This document shows positions 10,227 to 19,629 of a DNA stretch of 64,000 nt, piece after piece (the first letter of the stretch is position 1; the number at the start of each line of letters is the position of its first letter). Both the position numbers and the translations under genes were made by a program. The notes below the pieces were generated by a model that saw only the letters and a list, made by a program, of their open reading frames with translations, made no database searches and was not told the DNA's origin. This DNA is from an uncultured Gemmatimonadales bacterium (GTDB lineage: Bacteria; Gemmatimonadota; Gemmatimonadetes; Gemmatimonadales; GWC2-71-9): the NCBI GenBank assembly GCA_963828735.1, contig CAWHFW010000002.1, forward strand, positions 224,001-288,000, given 5' to 3'.

Positions 10227-10825
10227 GCGACCGGGCTCCCGACCGCGAGGCGCTTGAGCACGAGCTCCGAAATGCCTCGCAGCGTCTCGAAGACGCCGCT
10301 CCCGTGCAGGGCGTCGGCCCCATAGCTCGGCACCGCGCGGAAGTTGAGCGCGTCGTCCATCTCCTCCTGGGAGAGGATCAGGTCGCCGGGGAGGTCCTGC
10401 TTGTTGTACTGGAACACGACCGGGAGCTGGCGGACGTCGACCCCCTGCGCGAGCAGGTTGTCCTGCAGGTTCTGCAGGCTCTCGAGGTTGTCGTCGAAGC
10501 GGCGCGCCTGGCTGTCACCCACGAACACCACGCCGTCCGCCCCCTGGAGCACGAGCTTCCGGGTCGCGTTGTAGTAGCTCTGACCGGGCACGGTGTACAG
10601 CTGGAACTTGGTCGTGAAGCCGGAGATAGTTCCGAGCTCGAGCGGCAGGAAATCGAAGAACAGCGTGCGATCGGTCTGCGTCGCGAGCGAGACCATCCGT
10701 CCACGACGGCTCTCGGGCACGCGACCGTAGACGTACTGCAGATTGGTCGTCTTCCCGGACCGCCCGGGCCCGTAGTAGACGATCTTGCAGGTGATCTCGC
10801 GTGCCGTAAAGTTGACGAGGGACAT
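10223..10825 (-). CDS. mglA: MglA-family small GTPase
   Basis: KIVYYGPGRSGKTTNL, DRTLFFDFLPL, LYTVPGQ, YNKQDL. Confidence 0.95.
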   Translation of the reverse strand: MSLVNFTAREITCKIVYYGPGRSGKTTNLQYVYGRVPESRRGRMVSLATQTDRTLFFDFLPLELGTISGFTTKFQLYTVPGQSYYNATRKLVLQGADGVVFVGDSQARRFDDNLESLQNLQDNLLAQGVDVRQLPVVFQYNKQDLPGDLILSQEEMDDALNFRAVPSYGADALHGSGVFETLRGISELVLKRLAVGSPVA

Positions 10826-10830
10826 GCCGG

Positions 10831-11292
10831 TTACCGTCCGAAAAGCGCTTTGAGACTCGCGTTGAGCTCGGTCTCGAAATTTTCCGCCAGCATCGGCGCC
10901 GGCGGTTGTTCCCGCGGCGACGCGGCGGCGAGCTGCCGCACCATCTGATCGAAGAACAGCCGCACGATTCCCACCGAGGTCTCGGGGCCGAAGACCACCA
11001 GGCCGATCCACCGTCCGCGCGGCGTCGTGAACGCGGCGAGCATGCAGCTCTGCCGCTGGCCGTGGTGCACCACGGCCTCGAACCGGGTCGCGCCCATGAG
11101 CCGCGCCAGCTCCTCGGTCGAGGCCACGATGCCCGCGCCCAGGGCGGCCGCGGTCATCACGTCGAGCGACCGCGAGAACCCGTGCTGCGCCACCACCTGG
11201 CCGGAGGATGTCATGAGCAGGGTGAGCCGGGCGGCGCTCTCGGCGAGAAACGTCTCGAGCGGCTCGACCACCCACGGCTCCAGCGCCTTCAT
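10831..11292 (-). CDS. mglB: MglB-like Roadblock/LC7 protein (putative GAP)
   Basis: AAALGAGIVASTEELARLMG...VVFGPETSVGIVRL; immediately upstream of mglA. Confidence 0.78.
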   Translation of the reverse strand: MKALEPWVVEPLETFLAESAARLTLLMTSSGQVVAQHGFSRSLDVMTAAALGAGIVASTEELARLMGATRFEAVVHHGQRQSCMLAAFTTPRGRWIGLVVFGPETSVGIVRLFFDQMVRQLAAASPREQPPAPMLAENFETELNASLKALFGR

Positions 11293-11639
11293 CAGCCGAG
11301 CCGGCCGGCGGCGTCGAGCATTTCCAGCCGAGCCAGTCCCAGGTTCGCGTCCGGCCCGACCACGGCGACGAGGACCAGGTCCTCGGGGCCCAGCGCCGCC
11401 AGCACGCTGCCGCCCTCGCCGCGCAGCTGCACGAAGGCCGGCGGGCGGAGTCCGGCGCTCTCCGCGGTGCGCACGAGACGCCCCACAAGGCTCCCGGTGA
11501 GCGCGGCGGCGGCCTGGCCGTCCACCCCCTCCATGAGCTGTTCGGCAACGACCAGCCCGTCACTGGCAGCCACGACGAGCGCGCCGCGCACGCCGCGCAC
11601 GCGGGTGATCCGGTCGAGCGCCGTCTGGGTCGCGGTCAT
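11292..11639 (-). CDS. Roadblock/LC7 domain protein
   Basis: VRGVRGALVVAASDGLVVA...ANLGLARLEM. Confidence 0.85.
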   Translation of the reverse strand: MTATQTALDRITRVRGVRGALVVAASDGLVVAEQLMEGVDGQAAAALTGSLVGRLVRTAESAGLRPPAFVQLRGEGGSVLAALGPEDLVLVAVVGPDANLGLARLEMLDAAGRLG

Positions 11640-12487
11640 GCCTGCGCCTCGAGCCACGCTCGCGCGGCCCGCGCCGCCCGCTCGGCGAGGAGCGTGACCC
11701 TGCCCATCGGGAGCGCGGCCTCGCGTGCGGCCAGCACGACCGTGTCCGCGCTGGCGTGGGTGAGCACGACGTGGCCGTCCGGGGATTCGACGGCGATCGT
11801 GTGCCAGCTCCCGAGGCCCAGCAGGCGGGTCGCGCGCGCGGCCTCGCGGGACAGACCCGCGAGCTGTGCCGCCACCCGGTCTCCCGCGGGATCGCCGGGG
11901 TCCTCGGCCAGGCGACCACCGAGGCGAAGCCCGTTGGCGTCGACCAGCAGGAGGCCCTCCTCCCCATCGTCCAGGTCCTCGAACGGGCCCGCGACCGTGT
12001 CGTCCACCGGGGCGACGGGCGCGAGGGGCTGTTCCACGACCGGAGCCGGTGTCGCGGCTGGCGCCGGGGCCGTGCGCGCCGCGTCCCGGAGCGCGGGTCC
12101 GAGGCGGGCGATCGCCTGGCGGATCGAGGGGTCGTCCGGGTCCACGTCCAGCGCGCGCTGCAGGTGTTCGAGCGCGGCCGTCGTCTCGCCGGCGCGGAAA
12201 TAGAGGAAGGCGATTCCCTTGAGTGCGCTGGTCCGCATCGGGTCGAGCTGCAGCGCCGATGCCCAGGCGTCGAATGCGCCCGCGAGGTCGCCCTGATCGC
12301 TCAGGATCCGCGCCATCAGGTCGTGAGCGTCGGCCAGCCCCGGGTAACGGGTCAGCCCTCCACGTGCCACCTTGTGCGCCGCGTCGAGCTGGCCGCGGCC
12401 GCGCAGCGCTTCGGCGAGCTCCAGGAACGCGAGGCTCCCCGGCTCTTCCGCGATGCGAGCGGTCAGACGGCGGATGTCGTCAGTCAC
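11636..12487 (-). CDS. TPR + C-terminal Roadblock/LC7 fusion
   Basis: PGSLAFLELAEALR TPRs, Pro/Ala linker, LLLVDANGLRLGG...ARAT RLLGLGSW roadblock-like tail. Confidence 0.8.
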   Translation of the reverse strand: MTDDIRRLTARIAEEPGSLAFLELAEALRGRGQLDAAHKVARGGLTRYPGLADAHDLMARILSDQGDLAGAFDAWASALQLDPMRTSALKGIAFLYFRAGETTAALEHLQRALDVDPDDPSIRQAIARLGPALRDAARTAPAPAATPAPVVEQPLAPVAPVDDTVAGPFEDLDDGEEGLLLVDANGLRLGGRLAEDPGDPAGDRVAAQLAGLSREAARATRLLGLGSWHTIAVESPDGHVVLTHASADTVVLAAREAALPMGRVTLLAERAARAARAWLEAQA

Positions 12488-13529
12488 GGAACCGCTCCAG
12501 CTCCCTCATGATCGTCTCCGCCGACTGACACAGCCGTGCGACGCTCGGGCTTTCCGCCTCTTCGCCCGGTGTGCGGTCGCCCAGCCGATTCCAGGACGCC
12601 CACAGCTCGAGCGCCTCGCCGAAGCGCCCGATGGCGGCGTAGCACAACCCCAGCAGGCGGCGCGCCTCGGGCATGAGGGGGTCGCTCCGCAGCACTTCCT
12701 CGAGGGCGCCGGCCGCGAGGTCGTACTGGCCTCCGGCCAGCGCCTCCCGCGCGGGCACCAGGAGCGCGGCCAGATCGCGTCCCGGCTCCGCTTCCTGGCC
12801 GGGGTGCGCGGGATCATCGAGTACCACGATGCCTGCGTTGGTGAGCCCGTATACCGTTCGCGCCACTTCGAACTCCGAGCGGCCCAGCATCTCGGCCAGC
12901 GAGTGCAGATCGCGGGCCCCGTCGACCGCCGCGAGCACTTCCCACTCGAAGGGAACGAGATCGAGCGTCTCGCTGCCCTGGGACTCGGGCGCGGGCAGTC
13001 GCGGGACCAGGCGGAGGTGCGAGACCTTGGATCCGATGCGCGACCACTCGTCGATGCGACGCGCCGCTTCCATCAGCAGCGCCTCGGTCGGGAATCGGAC
13101 CGGCGCCTCGACCGCCGCGTGACACGAGGCGCCCTCCTCGAAGCGGAAGTAGCCCTCCGACCAGCGCAGCAGCTCGAACACCGCTTCCTCGATCTGGGCC
13201 TTGAGCTGGCGGTCGAGCTCGCGACGGGAGATGACACCCAGGCTCACGAGGATGTCGCCGAGGCGGCGGTCGTCGCCGCTCGTCTGCATGCTGCGCGCGC
13301 GATCGAGGTCGGCGCCGGTGAGCTTTCCGGAGCGGACCAGGCGGGCGCCCAGCGGTTGGGGGTCGCTGCCGACGGCCGCGGCGACGACACCGCCTCGGTC
13401 GAAGCACACGGTGCCCGCCGTCTGGCGCAGCTCCGAGGTGACGCGCAGGACCCCGCTCTTCCGGCCGAGGTCGAGGAGCTGGAAGACGTCCTGAATGTGC
13501 AGGTCCTTGAGGGGCCCTTCGAGCGCCAT
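12480..13529 (-). CDS. DUF4388 + MshEN-like + TPR protein
   Basis: MALEGPLKDLHIQDVFQLL; RRLGDILVSLGVIS; LLMEAARRIDEW; paralog of 6586-8202. Confidence 0.85.
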   Translation of the reverse strand: MALEGPLKDLHIQDVFQLLDLGRKSGVLRVTSELRQTAGTVCFDRGGVVAAAVGSDPQPLGARLVRSGKLTGADLDRARSMQTSGDDRRLGDILVSLGVISRRELDRQLKAQIEEAVFELLRWSEGYFRFEEGASCHAAVEAPVRFPTEALLMEAARRIDEWSRIGSKVSHLRLVPRLPAPESQGSETLDLVPFEWEVLAAVDGARDLHSLAEMLGRSEFEVARTVYGLTNAGIVVLDDPAHPGQEAEPGRDLAALLVPAREALAGGQYDLAAGALEEVLRSDPLMPEARRLLGLCYAAIGRFGEALELWASWNRLGDRTPGEEAESPSVARLCQSAETIMRELERFRD

Positions 13530-13532
13530 CGC

Positions 13533-16220
13533 TCAGCCCACCGACGCGGCGAAGATGTGCTGGAGGTCGCGCGCGGAGCGCGCGCGCGTGCGCGCCTGCG
13601 CGGCGTAGGGGCCGGCGGGATCGAGCTGGACGACGCGCTCCCAGGCCTGAACGGCCTGATCGAACTGTCGCTGCCGCGCGAGCGCGCCGCCCTCGTAGTA
13701 GAGCGCCCCGGCGTGCTCGGGATCGAACCGGAGCACCCGCTCGAAGGCCTCCAGTGCCTGCACCGTGCGACCATCCTCCAGCAGTGCGCGGCCCAGCGCC
13801 GTGAGCGCCTCCAGCTCGTACGGGTCGGCCTCCAGTAGGCGGACCAGCACTCCGATGGCGGCGCGCGGCGTCTCGGTGCGGCGGAGGAGGTCCGCCAGGG
13901 CGATCGCCGCGGCGCTGTAGGTCGGCAGGAGATCGAGCGCCCGCTCGTATGCCGCCCGGGCCGCCGCCCAGTTCCCGCGCTCTTCCTCGATCCCGCCGAG
14001 CTCGAACCACACCCGCACGAGCGACGGATCGAGCTGGAGGGCCGCATTGAAGGCGGCGAGCGCAGCCGAGCGATCGCCCAGGCGGGCGGAGACCTGCGCC
14101 TGGAGGTGAAAGAGATCCGGCCGCCCGGGCTCGAGCGCCTGCGCCTCGCGGATGCAGTCCAGCGCGCCCAGCGCATCGCTCACCGCCAGACGGACGCGGG
14201 CCCGCGCAACCAGCACCTCCACGTCGCCGCGTACGCGGCGGGCCAGCTCGTCCGCCAGGGGCGCCGCGTCGCCGGCCCAGCCGAGGGCCAGGAGCGCGCG
14301 GATCTCACCGAGTGTGGCGTCGGGATCGTCGGGAGTCGCGGTCCGCGCGGCGCGGTAACGCTCGAGCGCCTCGCCGTACAGGCCGCGCTTGGCGAAGATG
14401 TCGCCGAGGAGGACCGCGGTCGCGCCCTGCGGCGCGCCGCGCGCCGCGGCCCGGCTCAGCTCGGCGGACGCGAGGTCGAGGAGTCCCTTGGCGATGTAGT
14501 CGCGCGCGAGGTCGAGCGCGTCTCCCACCGCGCCGTTACCATTGGCCGCGGCCACCGTCGGGGTGAGCTCGGCGAACAGCTGATCAAGCGCCGGCGGGTC
14601 GAACGCGAACTCCCCAGCGAGCTGGTCGCCGCCCACCTCCGCCGTCAGCTCGGGAGCGATCGCGATCGTGGGGTCTTCGTACTGCAGGTCGATGGTGAGC
14701 GAGAACTTCTGCGGCACGTACAGCGGCTCAAGCTCGAGCGCGCGGCGGGTCTCGCGCAGCGCGCCGTCGAAGTCGCCGAGCTGGCTCAGGACGAAGCTCA
14801 GGTTGTAGTGGGCGCCTGCCATCCCGGGGTCGGCGTCCACCGCGCGGCCGAACGCATTCCGTGCGTCCTCGAACCGGCGAAGCTCCATGAGCACGAGCCC
14901 GACGCCGTTCCAGGCGACGGCGCTCGCGCTCTGTTCCGAGAGGGCGCCCTGGTACTCGTCGAGGGCCTGGCGGAGCTGCCGGCGCTGGAGGAACAGGAGC
15001 CCGAGATTGAGCCGCGCGGCCAGCAGCGGCCGCTCGCCATCGAGCGCGCGGCGGAACGCGGCGATCGCGGCGTCGGCCGGCTCGCCCGCGCGCACGACGC
15101 CCAGGTTGTTCCAGGCGAGCTGGTAGCCGGGATCCACGGCCACGGCCCGCTCGTAGGAGGCGATGGCCTCGGCGCGCCGGCCGGCCTGGTGGAGGCAGAC
15201 CCCGCGCTCGTTCCACAGCTTGGGCGAGTCGGCATGCTCGCGGACGAGCGCCTCGTACAGCTCGAGCGCCGCGGGCAGCTCGCGCCGGAGCAGGCGCACC
15301 TCCGCCATCGCCTGCAGGGTCAGGCGGCGGTCTTCTCCCGCCTCGAGGGCTTGCCCGTACTCGCGCAGCGCCTCCTCGTGCAGGCCCTTCTGGCGAAAGG
15401 CGAGTCCGAGGTTGTAGTGGGCCAGCGCGCCGCCTTCGACGATTTGCGGACGCGCTGTCTGCCGGGCCGTCTGTCCCGCCGCCGCGCCCGACGGCCCATA
15501 GCGCTCCAGCGCGAGATTGGCCTGGGCCCGCGCCAGCGTCGGGTTCAGCTTGATGGCGTGCTTGGTCGCCTCGCGGGCCTCCTCGTGGCGGCCGATGTCG
15601 CCGTAGACGAAGGCAAGGAGATAGTGCGCCTCGGCGTAGTCGGGGTTCCGCGCGATGGCCTCGCGCAGGGCCTCGAGCGCCGGCTCGTTCAGGCCGCGGT
15701 TGTAGAGCACCTCGCCGTAGTAGAAGCGGGCCACCGCGCTGGCGGGGTCCTGCGAGCAGGCGCGCGCGAGCCAGTCCGTGGCGGTGTCGAGGTTGCCGCG
15801 GGCCTTCTCGGCCAGGCCGAGCTGCAGCATGGCGGGGACGTCCGAGGGCTGCCAGGCGAGCAGCGCCTGGAACTCCGCGATGGCGTCTGCGTGGCGGCCG
15901 AGGGCGGCGTACGCGCGCCCGAGTTCCCAACGGGCGTCGCGATCCTCGGGGTGCCGGCGGACGCGCTCCCGGAGCTCGGTGATGCGGCGGTCGTAATGGC
16001 CGCTCTCACGGTAGGCGATGTCGAGATTGCTTTGCGCGACCTGCATGCGCGGGTCGAGCTCGAGCGCGCGCACGAACTCGGCGATCGCGTCCTCGATCAG
16101 CCCCTTCTGATAGTAGAGGACGCCCAGGTTGTTGTGGGCGCCCGCGTCGGAGGGATCGATCCGGCGGGCAAAGGAGCGCAGGACGGCGAGATCGCGCTCC
16201 GACAGCACGGGCCCGGGCAT
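13533..16220 (-). CDS. Large TPR repeat protein (895 aa)
   Basis: Many TPR units (AHNNLGVLY, AHYNLGLAF, AWNNLGV). Confidence 0.9.
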   Translation of the reverse strand: MPGPVLSERDLAVLRSFARRIDPSDAGAHNNLGVLYYQKGLIEDAIAEFVRALELDPRMQVAQSNLDIAYRESGHYDRRITELRERVRRHPEDRDARWELGRAYAALGRHADAIAEFQALLAWQPSDVPAMLQLGLAEKARGNLDTATDWLARACSQDPASAVARFYYGEVLYNRGLNEPALEALREAIARNPDYAEAHYLLAFVYGDIGRHEEAREATKHAIKLNPTLARAQANLALERYGPSGAAAGQTARQTARPQIVEGGALAHYNLGLAFRQKGLHEEALREYGQALEAGEDRRLTLQAMAEVRLLRRELPAALELYEALVREHADSPKLWNERGVCLHQAGRRAEAIASYERAVAVDPGYQLAWNNLGVVRAGEPADAAIAAFRRALDGERPLLAARLNLGLLFLQRRQLRQALDEYQGALSEQSASAVAWNGVGLVLMELRRFEDARNAFGRAVDADPGMAGAHYNLSFVLSQLGDFDGALRETRRALELEPLYVPQKFSLTIDLQYEDPTIAIAPELTAEVGGDQLAGEFAFDPPALDQLFAELTPTVAAANGNGAVGDALDLARDYIAKGLLDLASAELSRAAARGAPQGATAVLLGDIFAKRGLYGEALERYRAARTATPDDPDATLGEIRALLALGWAGDAAPLADELARRVRGDVEVLVARARVRLAVSDALGALDCIREAQALEPGRPDLFHLQAQVSARLGDRSAALAAFNAALQLDPSLVRVWFELGGIEEERGNWAAARAAYERALDLLPTYSAAAIALADLLRRTETPRAAIGVLVRLLEADPYELEALTALGRALLEDGRTVQALEAFERVLRFDPEHAGALYYEGGALARQRQFDQAVQAWERVVQLDPAGPYAAQARTRARSARDLQHIFAASVG

Positions 16221-16224
16221 CGGA

Positions 16225-16845
16225 TCAGGTCAGGCGGATGGCGTCGAAGATGGCCCGAAGCGACGGCGTGTCGGGCAGGAGCAGGAAATGGCCGCGCCAG
16301 GGCTCGGTCGTGTCCTCCACCCGGAACGAGGTCTCGACGCAGAAGACGAAGTCGCGATCGTGCCCGAAGTTGAGGTACGTCGTCGTGAGCACGGCCGCGC
16401 TCAGGTCGACGACCAGACTGGGCACCGAGGGGACCAGCATCATGCCCATGAAGTCGCTGAGCGCGTTCATGTACGCGCTCGCGAGGATGTTGCCGGCCTC
16501 CTTGAGGCCCGACTGCTCCATGGGGCCGAACTCGCCGGTCGTCCCGGCACTCCGCCTGAACAGTATATCACAGAGCGCTCGGGCCGACCCTTCGGGGAAC
16601 ATCACCAGCGTGCGACCGGTCAGGTCGCCCATCATGTGCATGAGCACGGCCGCGACCACCTCGTCGGGCGAGCCGACCAGGTCGGTGACCTCCTCGAGCG
16701 GCCGCACGTTGACCTCCGGCACGGCGATCATGATCGTGCGGTTGGTCATCTGCGACAACGCGGTCGCGGCGTGTCCGGCGCCGATGTTGGCGACCTCGCG
16801 CAGCGCGTCCAGCTGCAGCTCCTTCAGGCCCCGCACGTCTTCCAT
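16225..16845 (-). CDS. cheC: CheY-P phosphatase CheC
   Basis: DALREVANIGAGHAATALS and SGLKEAGNILAS (two ExxN sites). Confidence 0.94.
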   Translation of the reverse strand: MEDVRGLKELQLDALREVANIGAGHAATALSQMTNRTIMIAVPEVNVRPLEEVTDLVGSPDEVVAAVLMHMMGDLTGRTLVMFPEGSARALCDILFRRSAGTTGEFGPMEQSGLKEAGNILASAYMNALSDFMGMMLVPSVPSLVVDLSAAVLTTTYLNFGHDRDFVFCVETSFRVEDTTEPWRGHFLLLPDTPSLRAIFDAIRLT

Positions 16846-16855
16846 GAGTGTCTCC

Positions 16856-18733
16856 CTACAGCAGTGCCGCAGCGTCGAGAACGAGCGCGGGTGCGCCATC
16901 CGCCAGAATCGTCGCCCCACCGACGTACGGCGGCATGCCGCGCGGCGCGTCGAAGGGGGCGACCACGATGTCCTGCTGACCGAGCAGGGCGTCCACCACG
17001 AGCGCCGTGCGCCGCTCGCCGACCTCGAGGATCACCGTCGGCCTGCGTGGCGGCGCGGGCCGCGCGCGACTGGCGACGAGATCCCGCAGGTGCACGGTCG
17101 GAATCACCTGCTCGCGGACGACCAGCGCCTCGCGGCTCCGGAGCGCCGTCACGGCGCGCGGGTCGAACTCCACCGTCTCGGCCACGTAGGCGAGCGGGAC
17201 CGCGTAGCGCTCGCCGCCCGCGTCGGCCAGCAGGGCCCGCACGATCGCCAGCGTGAGCGGCACCCGAATGAGGAAGGTGGTGCCCTTCCCCACCTCGGAC
17301 CGGATCTCGAGCGTGCCGCCGAGCTGGCGGACGCGGGTCATCGCCACGTCGACCCCCACGCCCCGGCCGGAGACGCCACTCACGGCCTGGGCGGTGCTGA
17401 AGCCCGGCCGGGCAATCACGCGGAGCAAGGCATCGTCGGTGAGCCCGTCACCGTCGGCGGCGCTGCCGCCTTCCTCGCGTCGCGCCTTGGCGAGGATGGC
17501 CGCGCGGTCGATGCCGCGGCCGTCGTCGCTGACCCGCAGGACCACGCTGTTCCGCTCGCGCGACGCGGCGAGAAGGATGCGTCCTTCGGCCGGCTTTCCC
17601 GCCTTCGCCCTCGCCTCGGCCGGCTCGATCCCGTGGTCGGCGGCGTTGCGGATCAGGTGCAGCAGCGGATCGCCGATCTCGTCCAGGATCGAGCGGTCGA
17701 GCTCGATCTCCTCGCCCTCGACGTCGAAGCGGATGCGCTTGCCGAGATCGCGCGCCAGGTCGCGCACCAGCCGGGGGAAGCGCTCGAACACCTCGCCCAC
17801 CGGCGTCATTCGCGACGCGATCACCTCGGTCTGCATGCCGGACACGAGACGCGAGATCCGATCGCTGAGCTCGGCCAGCCCCCCGTCGTCGGACTGGGCG
17901 GCCATGACGTTCAGCCGGTTCTTGGCCACGACCAGCTCCCCCACCTGCTTCATCAGGCGATCGAGCCGCCCGAGGTCGACGCGGATCTGACGCTGGCGGC
18001 CCGGGGCGGCGGCGTCGAAGGCAACCGGCTCCTCGAACCGCACCGACTCGACTTCGCCGGCCGTCCGGAGCGCGGCGGCCAGTTCGTCATCGGTCGCGCG
18101 GGACTCGATCCGGAAGGCGAGCCGTCCGTCGAACTCCTCGCGCTCGAGCTGCACCAGCGGGGGGCGCACGGCCGTCACCAGACCCAGAGCCTCGGCCCGC
18201 CGCACCGCGAGCACCGCGCGGGCGCCCCGCATCACCGCATCGGGGCGGATCACCATCTGGACTGAGCGGCCGCGTGGCGCGTCCGTCGCCCGGCGGCGGG
18301 GCGGAGTCGCCGCCTCCGACGCGGGAGTGGCTCCTTCCACCGCCCCGCTCGACGGCTTCCCGCTCGCCATCTCGTCCAGGGCCGCGCAGAGGGCGGGGTC
18401 CGCCACCATCTCGCGACCGGCGGCGGCGCCTTCGACCGCCTCGCCCAGGGCATCGACCGCGCGGAACAACAGCTGAAACGTCGTGGCGTCCGACGTCACC
18501 TGGCCGTGGCGAAGCGCGTCGAGGAGGCTCTCCATGCGGTGAGCCAGCTCCGCCACGCCGGTGAACCCCATGGTGGCGCCCATGCCCTTGATCGTGTGAA
18601 TCGATCGGAAGAGCCCGCCGACGGGGTCCGTGGCGCCGGGGTCGCGCTCCCAGCTGAGCAGCAGCTGATTACAGCTGCTCAGGTGCTCCCGGCTCTCGGC
18701 CAGGAAGAGCGCGGCGTACTTGGAGACATCCAC
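16856..18733 (-). CDS. cheA: Chemotaxis histidine kinase CheA
   Basis: Hpt FRSIHTIKG; HLIRNAADHGIE, DDGRGID, SGRGVGVD; C-terminal CheW-like domain. Confidence 0.97.
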   Translation of the reverse strand: MDVSKYAALFLAESREHLSSCNQLLLSWERDPGATDPVGGLFRSIHTIKGMGATMGFTGVAELAHRMESLLDALRHGQVTSDATTFQLLFRAVDALGEAVEGAAAGREMVADPALCAALDEMASGKPSSGAVEGATPASEAATPPRRRATDAPRGRSVQMVIRPDAVMRGARAVLAVRRAEALGLVTAVRPPLVQLEREEFDGRLAFRIESRATDDELAAALRTAGEVESVRFEEPVAFDAAAPGRQRQIRVDLGRLDRLMKQVGELVVAKNRLNVMAAQSDDGGLAELSDRISRLVSGMQTEVIASRMTPVGEVFERFPRLVRDLARDLGKRIRFDVEGEEIELDRSILDEIGDPLLHLIRNAADHGIEPAEARAKAGKPAEGRILLAASRERNSVVLRVSDDGRGIDRAAILAKARREEGGSAADGDGLTDDALLRVIARPGFSTAQAVSGVSGRGVGVDVAMTRVRQLGGTLEIRSEVGKGTTFLIRVPLTLAIVRALLADAGGERYAVPLAYVAETVEFDPRAVTALRSREALVVREQVIPTVHLRDLVASRARPAPPRRPTVILEVGERRTALVVDALLGQQDIVVAPFDAPRGMPPYVGGATILADGAPALVLDAAALL

Positions 18734-18736
18734 GCG

Positions 18737-19099
18737 TCAGCCGAGAACGCGCTGGACCGCCTCGAGCACACGCGAGGGCTGAAATGGCTTCACCACGAAG
18801 TCCTTCGCGCCCGCCTGAATCGCCTCCACGACCAGCGCCTGCTGCCCCATCGCGCTGCACATCAGGATCTTGGCCTCGGGATCGGTCTTGCAGATCTCGC
18901 GGACCGCCTCGATGCCGCCCATGTCAGGCATCACGATGTCCATGGTGACGAGGTCCGGCTTGAGCGAGCGGTACTTCTCGACCGCCTGCGAGCCCGATTC
19001 GGCCTCGCCCACGACTTCGAACCCGGCTTGCGTCAGGATGTCGCTGATCATCGTGCGCATGAAGATGGCGTCATCGCAGACGAGCACTGTGTGGCTCAC
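18737..19099 (-). CDS. cheY: Chemotaxis response regulator CheY
   Basis: VCDDAIFMR, TMDIVMP, SAMGQ, VVKPF. Confidence 0.95.
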   Translation of the reverse strand: MSHTVLVCDDAIFMRTMISDILTQAGFEVVGEAESGSQAVEKYRSLKPDLVTMDIVMPDMGGIEAVREICKTDPEAKILMCSAMGQQALVVEAIQAGAKDFVVKPFQPSRVLEAVQRVLG

Positions 19100-19123
19100 G
19101 GACGGCCTCCGGATCGAGTCGAA

Positions 19124-19190
19124 TCGTGGGTCTGGGGTCGTGAGTCGTGGCGCTGGTGTGAGTCTCCCGACTCACGACCCGAGCCCACGA
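19124..19190. repeat. Intergenic inverted repeat built from GTCGTG(G/A)-type heptamers
   Basis: tcgtgggtctggggtcgtgagtcg (19124-19147) pairs with cgactcacgacccgagcccacga (19168-19190). Confidence 0.75.
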
Positions 19191-19197
19191 CCGCCTG

Positions 19198-19629
19198 TCA
19201 AATGATCGGCGCGACCAGCGCGTCGATGTCGAGCAGGATGAAGTGCTGGCCGTCCCGGATGCCGACCGCCTTCACCAGCCGGGGATCGATGCCCGGAAGG
19301 TCGGCACGTTCGGCCACCATGTGCGCCGGGACCTCGAGGAAGTCGACCACCTGGCCGACCCCCAACCCGTACCGCCGGCCGCCCACCTCCACGACCACGA
19401 TGGCACCCTCGTCCTCGCTCCGGCGCGACTGCTGGAGGAGAATGTGACCATCGAACACGGTGAGCAGGGTGCCCCGGACGTTGACCAAGCCTTCGATCGC
19501 CTCGGCGACCCCCGGGATCCGGGTGGCCTCCAGGCGCGGCAGGATCTCCCGCACGATCCCTGCCGGGGCCGCGCAAATAAGCGCACCGATGCGAAAAATG
19601 ACGGCGTGGAGCGTCGGGGAGTTAGCCAT
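19198..19629 (-). CDS. cheW: CheW-like protein
   Basis: TRIPGVAEAIEGLVNVRGTLLTV...YGLGVGQV. Confidence 0.88.
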   Translation of the reverse strand: MANSPTLHAVIFRIGALICAAPAGIVREILPRLEATRIPGVAEAIEGLVNVRGTLLTVFDGHILLQQSRRSEDEGAIVVVEVGGRRYGLGVGQVVDFLEVPAHMVAERADLPGIDPRLVKAVGIRDGQHFILLDIDALVAPII

